Assembly (NCBI GenBank): GCA_003344405.1
Contig: NOWV01000200.1
Span: 1 to 64,000 of the forward strand
DNA: 64,000 nt
Direction of reading: 5' to 3'
Source: Trichoplax sp. H2
Taxonomy: Eukaryota
The notes below the pieces were generated by a model, which had not been told where the DNA came from, ran no database searches, and saw nothing but the letters and a program-made list of their open reading frames with translations. Position numbers and translations under genes: made by a program. Below are positions 13,643 to 26,773 of this stretch, in pieces (the stretch's first letter is position 1; each line of letters begins with the position of its first letter).

Positions 13643-14276
13643 ATGTCTTTGCTGATGGCGCAATCTTCCTTGGTCCATTCCTGTACTAGGGGAAGCAAGG
13701 TGGCGCTGCTCACAAGTGGATGCCAGAACTAGAGTCCACCAGTGGCAAATAATTGAATGTCATTGCATAGATGCAAATAGCCTCGTTTACTGATCGTTGT
13801 AGTCTCGTCTACTTTGGTTAGTCCACTGTGATTCTAGGCCTGATAAAATGCTTCAATACTGCATTCATTTCAAACTCTCCGTAAGTAGAAGGAAGTCTGT
13901 ATATTGCTATTTATTCCAGATAGGATCGTAACCAATCGACTGTACCCTTGCTGAATCTTGTTTATATACAGTATATAATACTATATATTATACACTTGGA
14001 TAGTAGGAGGAAATTTCTGCAATTGTGCGAGTACTGCAATTGGCTTAACGTCAAAGATGGATAGGTGGTCTCAACTAATTGATACATTTCGTTATTCAAC
14101 GGATACTCTACGCTTGCAACGCCAAGGGATCGACTTACAAGATTTATTACTAGATATACTGCAGGTACGGTCATGAAGAGGCGAAGAGAAAGCGTACCTA
14201 CTTGTCATAAAATTGAATAGAGAATTTTGAAATACTCTACTGTTAATACACAATGTGACGCGTACATACTCATATT

Positions 14277-14775
14277 TGCTTGCATGCTCGATTGCATGCT
14301 TATCAGGTTAGATTGGTTCTTTAACTTACCAGACTTCGATAGAGGAAGGCTTAGTCCTACTTCTATTGTATTCCCTTGTAGTCAAAATAAAACGTATAAT
14401 AATCATAGGTTGTAAATGAGTTGTAGTAATCCTACTTAATGTCAAACAGCATCAAGTCGATTGGCTCGGCCTTACCTACCTTATTCAATCTGAATTGTTA
14501 TGCTTGGATTCAAAGGATATCTATGATTAAATGCTTGCACCTTCAATGACATGTTTGCCAGATTAGATCGGTACTTTAACTTGCCTGACTTTTATATCGG
14601 AAGGCTTAATCTTGCTTCTGGTGTTGACACCATGCAGTAAAAATACGCGCACAATCATCAATTCTAAATGAGTTGTTGTAATCTTACATAATCATACACA
14701 CTCAAGTGTAGCTTGACTGACGTATCCTTATCGAATTTCAGTTGATTTGCTCGGATTCAAAGGATATCAATGGTA
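14277..14775. repeat. Two-copy diverged tandem repeat, unit about 250 bp, just upstream of AP5B1
   Basis: TGCTTGCA..TTAGAT.GGT.CTTTAACTT.CC.GACTT..GGAAGGCTTA..TAAATGAGTTGT.GTAATC..GGATTCAAAGGATATC occurs at 14277..14530 and again at 14532..14775. Confidence 0.8.
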
Positions 14776-14786
14776 AAATCAAAGCT

Positions 14787-17700
14787 ATGTCACTCTTACA
14801 GGAAAGGGTAAGAATCCATATGATGATTGCATTGGTGGAACGGTCACTGGCGTTCTACCCTTTATTTGTCATTCCTGTCTTAGGGATTGATTGTAACTTA
14901 TACTGACCATTAAATAGGTTGCCATTTGCAATTGAAGCTTGACATATTTAATAAACTTATAAATACACCTGTAATATATTCTAGCCTATTCATTGTATCA
15001 GTAATAATCCGTATACTTGACCAAGTCGAAAGCTAGAGATACTATACCAGATTATGTTATGCAAATTCTAATTAACGATGGGCCGACTATTTATTTCAGG
15101 CTGACATTCTATTAGTGGATGAAACCAGGTAATGGAAAAAAGCTACGATACTCGTATACCAATTGAATATCAACTACACATACGACTCTGATTGTTTCTT
15201 TGTAATGCTTTACGTATAGTATTGTTACATAAGTATATCTGGTTATTTTTAACTAAATTTATTTATGCATCGAATAGTCAAGAACAAGCTATTGCTTCAC
15301 TATTAGGAGTTCTACAGCAAATCCAAATTCCAGAAACTGTATTCCCTACTTATGTTAGTAACCTAACATAGCATGTAACGATACACAGTAATGAGGAATA
15401 TGTTGCCTATTTTAGTAGAAACGATCTAATATCGCATAATAATGTTATTTCTCTCTTCAGTACGATTGCATTACTAACTTTCGTTTCACCGTCTAGATTA
15501 TGATTACTATCACTTCGCTAGTGATTCAATTTGATATCAAGGTAATTGATTATTATTATTGTGCACCAACAATTAAAAAAGAGTTTGTGGTATATACCAA
15601 TATGCACAAAGATCGGTAGTCATTGGGTAATACTAATCAATGGAAGAGTTAGCTAGATGTACTGGTCAATATCGTTTCTTATTCTAATCCTAAAATCGAT
15701 TGAAAGTAATACTTGCTACAATCAAAATTTCCTCCTAATTTTATATAGAATGTTTTTCCTGACTTGTTTGCAACCTTAATCCAAATTTTATTGAATAGAA
15801 TTGATAGGGTAAGTGTAGCATTGATTATTTTATATTTGCGATTCTAGTCTCTAGTCTAAAAATTTCTTTTTATATCATTCGACAGATCAATTCTGGAACT
15901 GATCGTATTCTTAGGGGTTTGGCTTGTCAATGCTTGACAGAAATAGAGCAATTATACCCGGTGCTTAAACCGAAAACTAATCATGCATTTCTGATATCTC
16001 TTATAGCCTAGTAGAAATGAATGTTTGATAATTATTACGTCCTTGTACATCAATTTGTTAATGTGCTATTTTTAATTTTTATATCAAGGGCTTACTTGGC
16101 CATCGTCTGGACTATTATTACAACTTATGCCAAGCGGAATGCAGCCATATTTTTCAACACTATTGGGTGAGATAATTACGACTAAAGCATAATATTAGAG
16201 ATATGCCAAGAATTTATCTTGCAATTTATGAGGCAGTACTTGATGTCGTGAGAATAATGTAGAAGGCTAATACATTTTCTAAAGTTGACATGAAAATCGT
16301 TTATTCTAAATTCTATCGATCAGAAATTCTTATTCTGTGACGTTTTCATAACACATTGATCGACTGTTGTCACCGCAGATTCTTTTCACTACAGTTTTAA
16401 AGAATGCCATTCAATGCATTATTCATGAACCACGCAAGTATGATTTACTGTGATATTATGCTACTCTGGCATTCATTTAATTAGCTCAAATTTGTATTCC
16501 ATTATTCTGTAAATATATTTTAGCAATTTATCTTTGAAAGATCTTTTCAATGGAAAACTAGAGTCTTCTAAGGTGGTTTTGTATTTCAATTCCCATTAAT
16601 TTTCTGCAATAGAAATAATTTATGTATGCATTAAACTTTAACGGTAAATTTATATTTGCTACTTAATTCTGAAATTTAGGCTCTTTTGGAAAAGAATTTA
16701 TCTTTTACGTCCAATCTTGAAATGGTTAATAGTGCTGAGCCACTGCTGTCTGATGATGACAGCAACCAGTTGAAAGCAATCATCTCCTTTGTTATGGATT
16801 CCGATAATTTTATGCTGTTAACGCCAACTGGGCAAATGCTGGTAGTCCTTAAGGTAATAAGTGTTTTGCTGTCTTTAAATAAAATTAGCCTATTGGTAAT
16901 CTAATCTTTATCGTTCAGCTTGTAGAATGTGTTACAGTTTCCAGACTATCGCAGAAGGTATGCTCCTATCAAGTATATCTGTGCTAATACTATAAGCTCC
17001 ACAATTTAGACTGATAATATATATATACTATGTTATGCTTAATTTTTCAGACCTTTAAATTACTTATTTTACAAAAGATGGTTACTTGCGATTTACCTTC
17101 ACTTCAATCAGTAATGCTACTTAAGGTAACCATTTATGATCGATTAAAGTATTCTAGCTATGATTATAATCTTGCACATGTAACTGAGGTAAGAAGTAAC
17201 CAACATAATATAGAGTATTTGTCTTTCATGAGTAGATGAAATGTGGGGACGAATTATTTAATCAAGACGACGATTATTACCTTTTAGAACGGTAATGTTA
17301 TTGAAAATGGACCGCATTCAGATGATTAAATGTACTAGAAATCTACTCTTGAGTTAATTATTCTGAATTGTGTTCTAGACTAGTATTGATGATACGGTCT
17401 CCTATGATTTCGCAAGAACAGCAATTGATTTATTGCGAATGGATCATGCACTTTCCGGATGATAGTAAGGTCGGTATTTGTAGTCGTAAATGATAACGAT
17501 TGCAAAACTTAGCTCGTCAGGCTAAATAAAAGAATATGACTTTGAATCGTTGTAGCCGATTGGAATGCGTTGCACAAAAGACATTTCTTTACCCTATTTC
17601 TGGGATTATAACCTTATCGTCTGGTTTTATCCGCAAGTCTATGACAATTTCGGTAATAAATAAAGTTGCTGTTACCTATTCGTATTACTATTTTCAATGA

Positions 17701-20700
17701 CATTAAAAATTTAAAATTGCCTTTTAGACATAATTTTACGTAAATTGATCATATTAAACCATTCCTTTGAATTGGGTGAATCTAGAGGTACGATAGAAAT
17801 CATGATACAATGTTAAATTAATTATCTTAAATACAACTAATGATAAAAATTTACATTGCTGACGTTATTTGCTGTAGAGACGACGACAATCCTTATCGGC
17901 TGTCTAACTGGACTTATGCAGCGTACTGACATTGCTGCTAGCTCTTTAGCTGTAACGACACTATTACGTGTATTCTACAATTTTTGTCAAAGGTTTCTTG
18001 ACAGCAACAAGTCTTTATCTAGCAGTATGTGCAGTTGTGTCCTAACAATTGTCAAGCGCCATCCTAATTTCACAATCCATATACTAAATTTTATTCGTTG
18101 CATTTCGGACACGCATACTGGCAGGTACCGTAATTATTCAAACCTGCCATTATAGACGGTTACTTTCTATGTTTGCTAGAGATAAAAATGTTCACGTTAA
18201 ATTATAATTTTGTGTAAATTTACTTTTCTACTTAGCGGATTTCAACTGAACGTGTTGAAATCTTTAACGGATTATATTGCCTCTGTAATACCCATGACCC
18301 AAGTATTGCCCAATCTATTAGATCATTTACGATTGCTAGAAGTCTCTGCACAAGAAAAAGAAATCAAACCGATGGTATAATTGCCTTGAAACTTAAACAC
18401 GAAACATCTACATGCTTTTTGTAGTTGAACTATAGTAAAATTAGATAAATAATTACTATTTATATCTGTAATTCAATGATATTGAAAATTGTTATATAAA
18501 GGTTATCGTGCAATTTCTTCAAAATCTTCTTGAAACCAGTGATATATGTCAGTTTGGCATGTGGAAAACTGGTCAAGCAGTACTTTCTATTTGCCGTTGC
18601 ATCATGATAAACCATGATACGACATACATATTGAAAGGTAACAAGAGAAATTTTTCATAGAAATATGTGTATGAATAGCGCAAAAATATATTTAGCTAAT
18701 GCAAGATGTACTGTTTTTATAGATTTATGTGAAGTTTTGATGAAGATGAAAGATTATTTTAATGATGTTGGTATCCTTTTACTTTCTCGCTATTTCAAAT
18801 CATAAGTTTTAGTAGTTGATAATCCTCATATTTCAAAAAGTTTATTCTTAACACGTTTTATTAAGATATTAAAGATCAAGCGTATATGTACTATTGTTTG
18901 CTAACAAGCGTTTCTAATGATAAGGTAAAATTATTTTACATGATTCATTGGTCTGACGGTTAAATTTACATTGTGGACAATTATTCGAATTCTTATTATA
19001 GTTGAGAACTATTCTGTCGGCAGGTTCAAGTAATAATCAGTTAGAATTAATTTCAAAAATTGTAGTAGGTAAGATTTGCTATTGTACACCAACGTTTGGT
19101 AACTTAGTAGCATTTTAAGATTACTAGCATAAAGATTGTTTTTATGGTAATAGACGATATCTCGAAACTATCAAAAGAAGTTGATTTGCCGGTCATAGAA
19201 GTCGACGATTTAGGAATATCATTGGCAAAGTAAGCTATTGCTGTCATTTTATGTGAAAAATTAGGCTGTCTTTGTATTTAATCTGATGTTAAAGATGCTC
19301 ATAATTTATACCTGGATTCTTGGCATACCGATAGGGTTCCTAAAAATATGTATACAGCAGTCGATTTTAATAGCAAACGCGATCGCTTAGTTATAAGTTA
19401 CGGAGATATTGTACGAGAAGAAGGTTTGTGTTTGTCATAACCATAATATATCTAGCAGTAATAGGCATCTACTGATACAGGCCCTTACTAAAACTTAATA
19501 GGTTTATTAGATCATTACTTTAAACAACTAACTAGCTCGGAAGAGTTGTGGACAATAAATGTTGAATGTTTTATCTATTACGTAAGTATAGGATTAATTC
19601 GATCTCTTAATTGGATATGTAAATCAAGCTGATTTGGTTCAAATATACATATTGACTTTATTGTCTTCTACTGTATGCGGTATAATTTATTTTTAAGATT
19701 GAATTAGTATTTATCTTTCACAAAATAGAAGGAAGATTTAGCCGTTGACTATGAAAAGAAGTATGTTGCTATTGTACTGGAGTTAGAAAGCAATAGCAAT
19801 TACAAAAGCGTTAATGGTATGAGGATAGTAATTATTTCAATACTTGCAGAGAAATTTTTAGCGTTTGTAAAAGTTGCATTGTCACCAACTATATTGTAAG
19901 TGATAATTTTCCCATTGATGACTAGATGTTACAGTGTCATTCCTATCGAAGGAGATATCTAGCGCACCTAACCCAGGTGAATAATGTTATAAAATCGCTC
20001 TGTTATGGAAATAGTTGCAAGCCTTTGATAAAATATTCATATTTTGGTTATTGTAACTTCAAAATTGATTTGTACGCTCATTTGCACAGGTTGTCAAACG
20101 GTTATTTTTAAGATTCAAAGTGTTGATCCTTTGCCATGCACGTTGAATATTAAGTAAGTTATTTTAAGAACTCATTACTTAGCTTCTTTGCTATGTGATA
20201 ATAAGTTACTGATATCTTACGCGTATATACTTTCTTTAAGAGCTACAGTTACCGACAACGAAAATAGAACATGTATTGCCCCGCTGGATCCATTATCCAT
20301 TGAATTTCAAGATGTTATTCTTCCTTTAGCTTTGCCAACAGATTACTTTATAGTATGTTCAGATTTAATATCAAAAGATGATCTTGGTTATGGCTATAAT
20401 TTGTAACTTCTGCAATTATTTAAGGATATATTCTTAACGATATGAATATCAAGTGTCTTCCATTTATCTTTAGAATGATAATGAGGTCCTTTCGAAAAGA
20501 ATCCTTTTCGAGCAGCTGTGGTCATACATTGAAGGAAACCAATGCAAAATGTATTATAATACATACTTGTTAGAGATTTCAAATTGTTTTAAGTTTTGTC
20601 ATGAAAAAATTTCTATTAGGGCTGGAGATGGAAAACTTGGTGCAATATCAATTTGCTGTCTAAATCAAGCTGACTCTCAAGAATTGCAGGATACTTTGGT

Positions 20701-20992
20701 ATCAACACTTTCTGTTTATGTTATTGATCAAACTGGTAATTATTAAATTTCGTCTCTAAAGTGTATTGTTTTAATTTCCAAGTATATGATTAGTCTTTCT
20801 TTTAAATTTAAATATCAAAATTTTGCAGATGAGATCTGGATTGGCTGGTATCTTCCGCCTCGATATCATGTTTTACTGAAATGTTATCATCATTTAGATC
20901 ACTACATAAAATTTGTAATTGCTACCGATTATTGGAAATTGTTAACATATGTAGATGATTATTTGCATAAATTTGAAAAATTAGTATCATGA
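14787..20992 (+). CDS. AP5B1: AP-5 complex subunit beta-1, about 33 short exons (start codon tentative, stop at 20990..20992)
   Basis: Exons read by hand translate as INSGTDRILRGLACQCLTEIEQLYP | GLLGHRLDYYYNLCQAECSHIFQHYW (about 15886..16166), LKAIISFVMDSDNFMLLTPTGQM (about 16680..16852) and last exon IGWYLPPRYHVLLK...IATDYWKLLTYVDDYL* (20829..20992). These match motifs I recognise from AP5B1 (ACxCLxELE.xPGLL; LCQxExxH; FLPPxxHLL..xTDxWxxLxYxDDYL). Exons are separated by GT-AG introns mostly near 100 nt. The 5' end is uncertain. Confidence 0.85.
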
Positions 20993-22068
20993 CTCACTTC
21001 GGAGAGTGCTCAGAATTCAGGAATATAGAATTATTGTCATGGAATAGTTTATATTAGTCATTGAAGCTCAAACACGATACTAGGACATTTAACGACAAAA
21101 AGCACTATACATACGATATTTTGAAATCCAAAAATATCTTTATTAAAATTTTATATATTGAATAATGCACAAGCAATAGGATATTGAAAGCTTTCGTCCT
21201 ACGATTGATCGTACAACTGTATATAGAACTAAAAATTGTTAAATATATTGTTACGCTTTTTTTAGCTTTATATAAATTGTAATGACCGTGTCATAGTCTT
21301 CTGCTGTTACAGTCTCATACTAGAAATAGTTCAAGTGCGCCGTTTGACCCTATTAGCCACATACTGTACTACTACAATCAGCTGAGATCATTACAATAAT
21401 TAAAGGTAAAACTATTTTTATATTTACGTAATGATATATTTAACGATTATTAAATAGTAATTATTGATGTTTCCTGTCCTAATTGAATAATTGTTTTCTA
21501 TTATATATATACTTGATATCTAATGAAGAGCCATGTTGTCTGTTAGAAATTGCGATGCTTTTTCTATATGTTTTATGTTTTAGTATGAAATCCGCTCTCA
21601 CTAAAGAGTAACATTATGTAAGTTACAAGATTTGGGATTTTCATAAATGTTATCAGTGGTTACTTGCTTCAATTTTGTTAACATGCAATTGAAAACTTCA
21701 ATACAGCCAAAGCTTAACAGATTTTTCAAAGATAATAGCTAAGGTTACCAAAACATACCGTAATTTTTAGCTAGTAAGGGTAGGTCTTAAGCAAACTTAA
21801 TAATACTATATAGTAGCTTGGCCACGCTAAAATTTTTAGTGAAGTATTTCTCAAATTTTAAGAATTAAATACAGTACACTTACTTCTTAATTTTAATATC
21901 GTTTTATTATAACGAAGTAATCGTTATTTAATAGTTAATACTACTTTATTAATGAATTTAAATAGATTTAAACAGATATACGGTATAAAGTACATGGATT
22001 TCTGACTTAAATTAGAGATATAGCGACTGTAATGATTTTCAAGGCATTTTTATGCAATCTTAGGTACG

Positions 22069-22696
22069 TGTTACAGTGTTATATACTGTATTACAGTAGA
22101 AATATCTATGTTAGGATAATTCTATTAGACTATCCTTATTTAGTTAACTTCTAATTTGGATATACTGGGTTTTAATATAGCACTGACTTTTTATGACAGT
22201 AACACTTATACACATACTGAAATTAATAGTTATAATAGGGAATGCAAATCATCTGCTTACAGTTCGAATCATTGTGATTGTAATTTACTTATGGTAGACT
22301 GTAAATTATCATGGAAATGTTCCGTGATAGGACATATCGTAATCTGACTATTCTGTATTAGTCATTACATGTCTATGTTCGTAAATACTGTTGTCTGCAT
22401 TAAGGGAGCAGTAGCTAAAATTAATATCTAATTCAGTAAATGATTGTAATGTTAATTGTATTAACTATGACTCATGAACTATTGAGGAATAGTATATAAA
22501 TGCAGTATATTGTGAAATAAAGAATTATCCAACTTGGTGTTTAACGTAAAATACGAGGCGTTTAAGTCTTTGTGTAGTCTGCTAGAAGAGCAAAAGTGTT
22601 CGTGATAGTGCAGATATCGTTCCTTGATACGTGGTTCAAGGAATTGACTTATTCATCGTATATTGCGTTATCTTGTTGCAAAGCTGTTTTGTGACA
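22069..22696 (+). mobile_element. Solo LTR, family 1 (628 bp), TSD GTACG
   Basis: TGTTACA...TGTGACA termini. GTACG directly at 22064..22068 and 22697..22701. TATATAAA at 22493..22500 followed by AATAAA at 22516..22521. Homologous copies at 174..465 and 39215..39848. Confidence 0.88.
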
Positions 22697-23442
22697 GTAC
22701 GGTAGTTCTATTATTTGCACGAAATTGTAGCCATTGATATCCATTATCGGGATTGAATGGATCCACGTGTAGAAATGAGTGGACTAAATAATATAAAACA
22801 ATAATTAGAAGCATCTATCTACTATCAGTGCCTGAATTGAGTCATACTAATCTAAAATGGTTAAAGAAATAAAATTTTGGTCTGAAGTATTTTTTCTGCA
22901 TCACGCATCTTTAAGGATAATTAATCATTATCGGTCGTCCTGCTATAGCAGAGATCATGTCGATGAGCTTGGACTATCTTACAGAAATAAGGTCTTGATT
23001 TACATTTGTATCACCAAAATAAATCGACACTGCATGACTCAGTATAAATACAATAGTAATTAGATAATAATATTTTATTATTTATCTAAATTATAATATT
23101 TGTTTGCGTACAATAATGCGTCCCTAATCTAGAAAGAGTTAATGGACTTATTATCTCAATATAAAGAAAAAATTGGGTAAGAACAGCTTGTAGGAACATA
23201 GACGATAATGTAGACGAAACATTTGTAGAGTATAATACGTATGTCTGATAAGTATGAGTGATTATGACTTCCTATACAATTATCTGGCACGTCATATAAA
23301 ACTAATTAGTAGTTTTCATTACATTTAAATTTCTGTACTGATCATTAAACTAACGTTTATGGCACCGTATCAATTACGTTGACATGTTATCATTTTCTAA
23401 GCTATGTCTTCTGTAGTGATATCTAAACCTAAATGATCAATA

Positions 23443-23702
23443 TTAAGACAAGTGAAAAATGTACTCCGGATAAGCTGCGTTATCGTTAGAGACAACGAAA
23501 ATTGTTGGATGATGTGCTTTATCTACAATAGAATGAACGCGTATTGATTGGCTCTCAGGAATCCTTTGCAGATTAGGTTTGTCCTTGCCGGTAGATTTTG
23601 CATAAATTCCTGCTAATACACGAACGAATAGTAACATATTGCCGTATTGTAAGGCCTTTTGAGGCTGATATGCGAAATAGGTTCCTGTACCATGCAAACT
23701 CC
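23443..23702 (-). CDS. Second (distal) terminal exon encoding the C-terminal half of an ART/PARP catalytic domain; candidate alternative last exon of paralog A
   Basis: TTTTATAG acceptor immediately before 23702, phase 1. Translates (G)SLHGTGTYFAYQPQKALQYGNMLLFVRVLAG...HPTIFVVSNDNAAYPEYIFHLS*. Open and homologous to 26774..27030. I saw no FHGT exon of its own upstream. Confidence 0.8.
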
Positions 23703-24597
23703 CTATAAAATGAATAAATTAATTGTAAGCACTAATTCATTGTTTAATTAAAATACACATGTTAATAACGTTATGTCAGAATTGATAAGCTAATGTGTTG
23801 TCAGGTAGTAATACATAGTAGTCGGAGCGTAATCGCCTTCAATCAAATTTCCTCGTGTTATTTTCATCGGATTAAAGCTTTACAATCAACAAGATAAGGT
23901 AATGATATCTTTATGTAAATTTATATTCTTAAATTGAAGTTAAGGGTGTCCAATGGCTAATTCTAATTGTAAGATTATGAAATTAATTTATAAATCGCTG
24001 ATATTGTAACTTAGTCAATAAACAAACAGACATAAAATATTGCTAGGTTATAGACACTCGAGATTATCATATCCATCTTCTGTATGTTTCAATAATATAG
24101 AATTTTGGACTTTGAATTCATTCTAGTTATCCTGACATTACGACAGAGGCTTTGTATTTAATTCACTATCATTCACTTTTACGAAATAAATAGTAAATTT
24201 TAATTTTTCAATTAAAATTTACAATTTATTTTTAGCTACAGAACAGCATGTATTCAGAACCTTCTATGAGTAAACGAAATTCTGAATAGGATGCAATTTA
24301 ATTAGCTTTATTGCTGCAATAATTTCTATAAAATGTCGTGCATTCAGCAATTTTTGCTAGATCCTAAATTCCTAACTAATATCTTAACGTTTTAATTTGA
24401 GGTATCGAACTTGACTCATATATCCTATAATGATATTTTAAGCTCTATCTCTTTATACAGCTTTGCAAGCTATTATAAAACGTTTCTATTAGTCGGTATA
24501 TTTCCTTGATTTTTTGCTCTTCCATTTATTAAAGTAAAGTAACTATAGTTCTTCTAGGTGTGGATAATGCTTTTATTCTTTTAGTGCTATGGCCTAC

Positions 24598-24991
24598 TGT
24601 CACAAAACATCTTTCGTGAACGTACCTAAACTAGTCTATCTACCTTATGGTTCTCCGACTAACTCTGGAGATCCTCAGTAAGAGAAAACTAACTTATTCC
24701 TATACTATAGTAATCAAGTCAAAACGATAGGTTTAGGTTAATAAATATATTTATTACTAGCTTGCTTACGTTTGTACCAGTGTACCCTACGTTAGCCTCA
24801 GTGGAACTGAGATTAAAAAGTAATATTCAAGCTTATATATAGTTTCATGTGTCACGCTGTATTCTACTACGATAATTAATAACAAAATTCAATTAACAAC
24901 TAGGTTGTTGCCGAGATCGGTAACCTCCATAGTAACATTATTACACATATTAGATCAAAATATTATTCATTTCGGATAGAGCTCCGTCACA
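24598..24991 (-). mobile_element. Solo LTR, family 2 (394 bp), TSD CCTAC
   Basis: The minus strand reads TGTGACGG...GATGTTTTGTGACA. CCTAC at 24593..24597 and 24992..24996. Minus-strand TATATATAA (24833..24841) followed by AATAAA (24750..24755). Confidence 0.8.
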
Positions 24992-26773
24992 CCTACTTAT
25001 TTATTAGCGACGCTATCTAAACTGCAAAATTATCAAATGTACTTATTTATTGTAAGTTTGTACACATGATGCGTGTATCGAACTAGATATTTTGATTGAA
25101 AATTAATAATATTATCTAACACTAACAAGTGTAACTAACAAATCTGAGGCAGAAATAATCTATATTTATATATTAAGAGATAAGAATGCATGCAGAGAGC
25201 AGGACAGCAGAATTAAATATGATATTTACCATAAACAGACAAAGTAATAATAAAATGATTGTATGAAATAGCGAAGACTGTAGGTGCTACAATTAACTAA
25301 ACATAACAAGCTATATTTCAGTATAATTGTAATTGTAATAGAATGTAAAGTTATCTCTATATTTGATACAATGCAAAATGTCTATACTAATATATTAAAG
25401 ATTATGTTTAGACTAAAATGAAATATAAATACGCGACAATTTGGCTCAGTAATAGAATAATCAAATTCCTTGTTTAAGAAAGAATTTTAAAGCATTTGGA
25501 CATTGTACATATTTTTAAGAATCAATTCCATTTATATATTACAGCTATAGCAAGTTATGGTATGTTTTGGCATGAAGAAAATTCAAAAGGGCATGATCAT
25601 ATAAGTGTAATTTATGTGATTACGAATAAACTCACTGTCAATATAAAACATAGATATTAAATTCTTTAAATTGTAGCAAAACGAAAAGATCATGCAAAAC
25701 TACTCGCAATCGTCTATGTAATGAACTTCTAGAAGGCTAAAGAACTTAAATACACTTTCAAGTCTTGTCTTGCAGATTGACTTTTAGAAAAGACTCTCAA
25801 AATTATGGAAATCATCCACATTTATCGGAATTTTCAAGGTGCAGAATATATGATAGCGGTAAAACAGATTATATATCTACGCCATTTTGTCTACTTGAAA
25901 GTCTGAAGATCTGTTAGTGCTCTATACAATTAATTAAGAATGTAGTGCACAATATTGTCACGTACTTTTTCTTTATTTCAAAGAAAGATCTTGTTATATT
26001 TCTAATATTAGAAGAATATTTACTCTTAATATTATTCGATAACTATCAGACACTATTAGTAAGTAATAGAACCGGTAGTCCGTTAGCTAAGGGCGTAAGA
26101 TATATGTGAATAAGTGCACTGTAATCATAATGATACCCGATACCATTAATAGGAGCGTGATCATATCCTGAACAGTTCGATTCTTGCGACCTTATATATT
26201 TTGATGATGGTTTAAATGCTTTATTTAGGGATTTATGCTTGATTTTAGGTAACCTTATTGTAGTATATGCATTGAGCTATACATATTTATCTAAGAACTA
26301 ACGACAGGAGCTGGCAATTTGAATCTAGTTCAAGATATCTTATTTTACATTTGCTTACTGGTTAATTATTACTTCACTATTTTAAAACCTTGAAATGAAA
26401 ACTTTCTTTAAATTCTACCTTGAGTGAGATTGTTACCATTTTGTGTACAGTAGATTTATAGATTAGCTAGAATAGATTAATTGCTTTTATTACCACATCT
26501 TTTAATCTAAGTACTATCGCTTTCTGGATAGATCCTAATCATAAATTAAAATTGAACAATGCTATTATGATTACAGGCAAATTCTTCTATTCATTTTACG
26601 AAGTTATCGTACTCGACATTGTCGATAGTTAATCTCGATATCAGGCGCCTGTTTCTACAGTTATATCGACCTGCTCGGAAGAAAATTTAAATCATTTTAA
26701 TTAACAATACTACATTCAGCGGTTACTCTAAGATAGATCCTGCAAACAGATCTAAGCCTAAAAAGAATTAGTA

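Noticed and set aside
13372..13732. ORFs 13372..13566 (-) and 13379..13732 (+), rich in Y/C/T/V/S/Q
   Set aside because: They are translations of the TACAG/CTGTA simple repeat and have no protein-like features.
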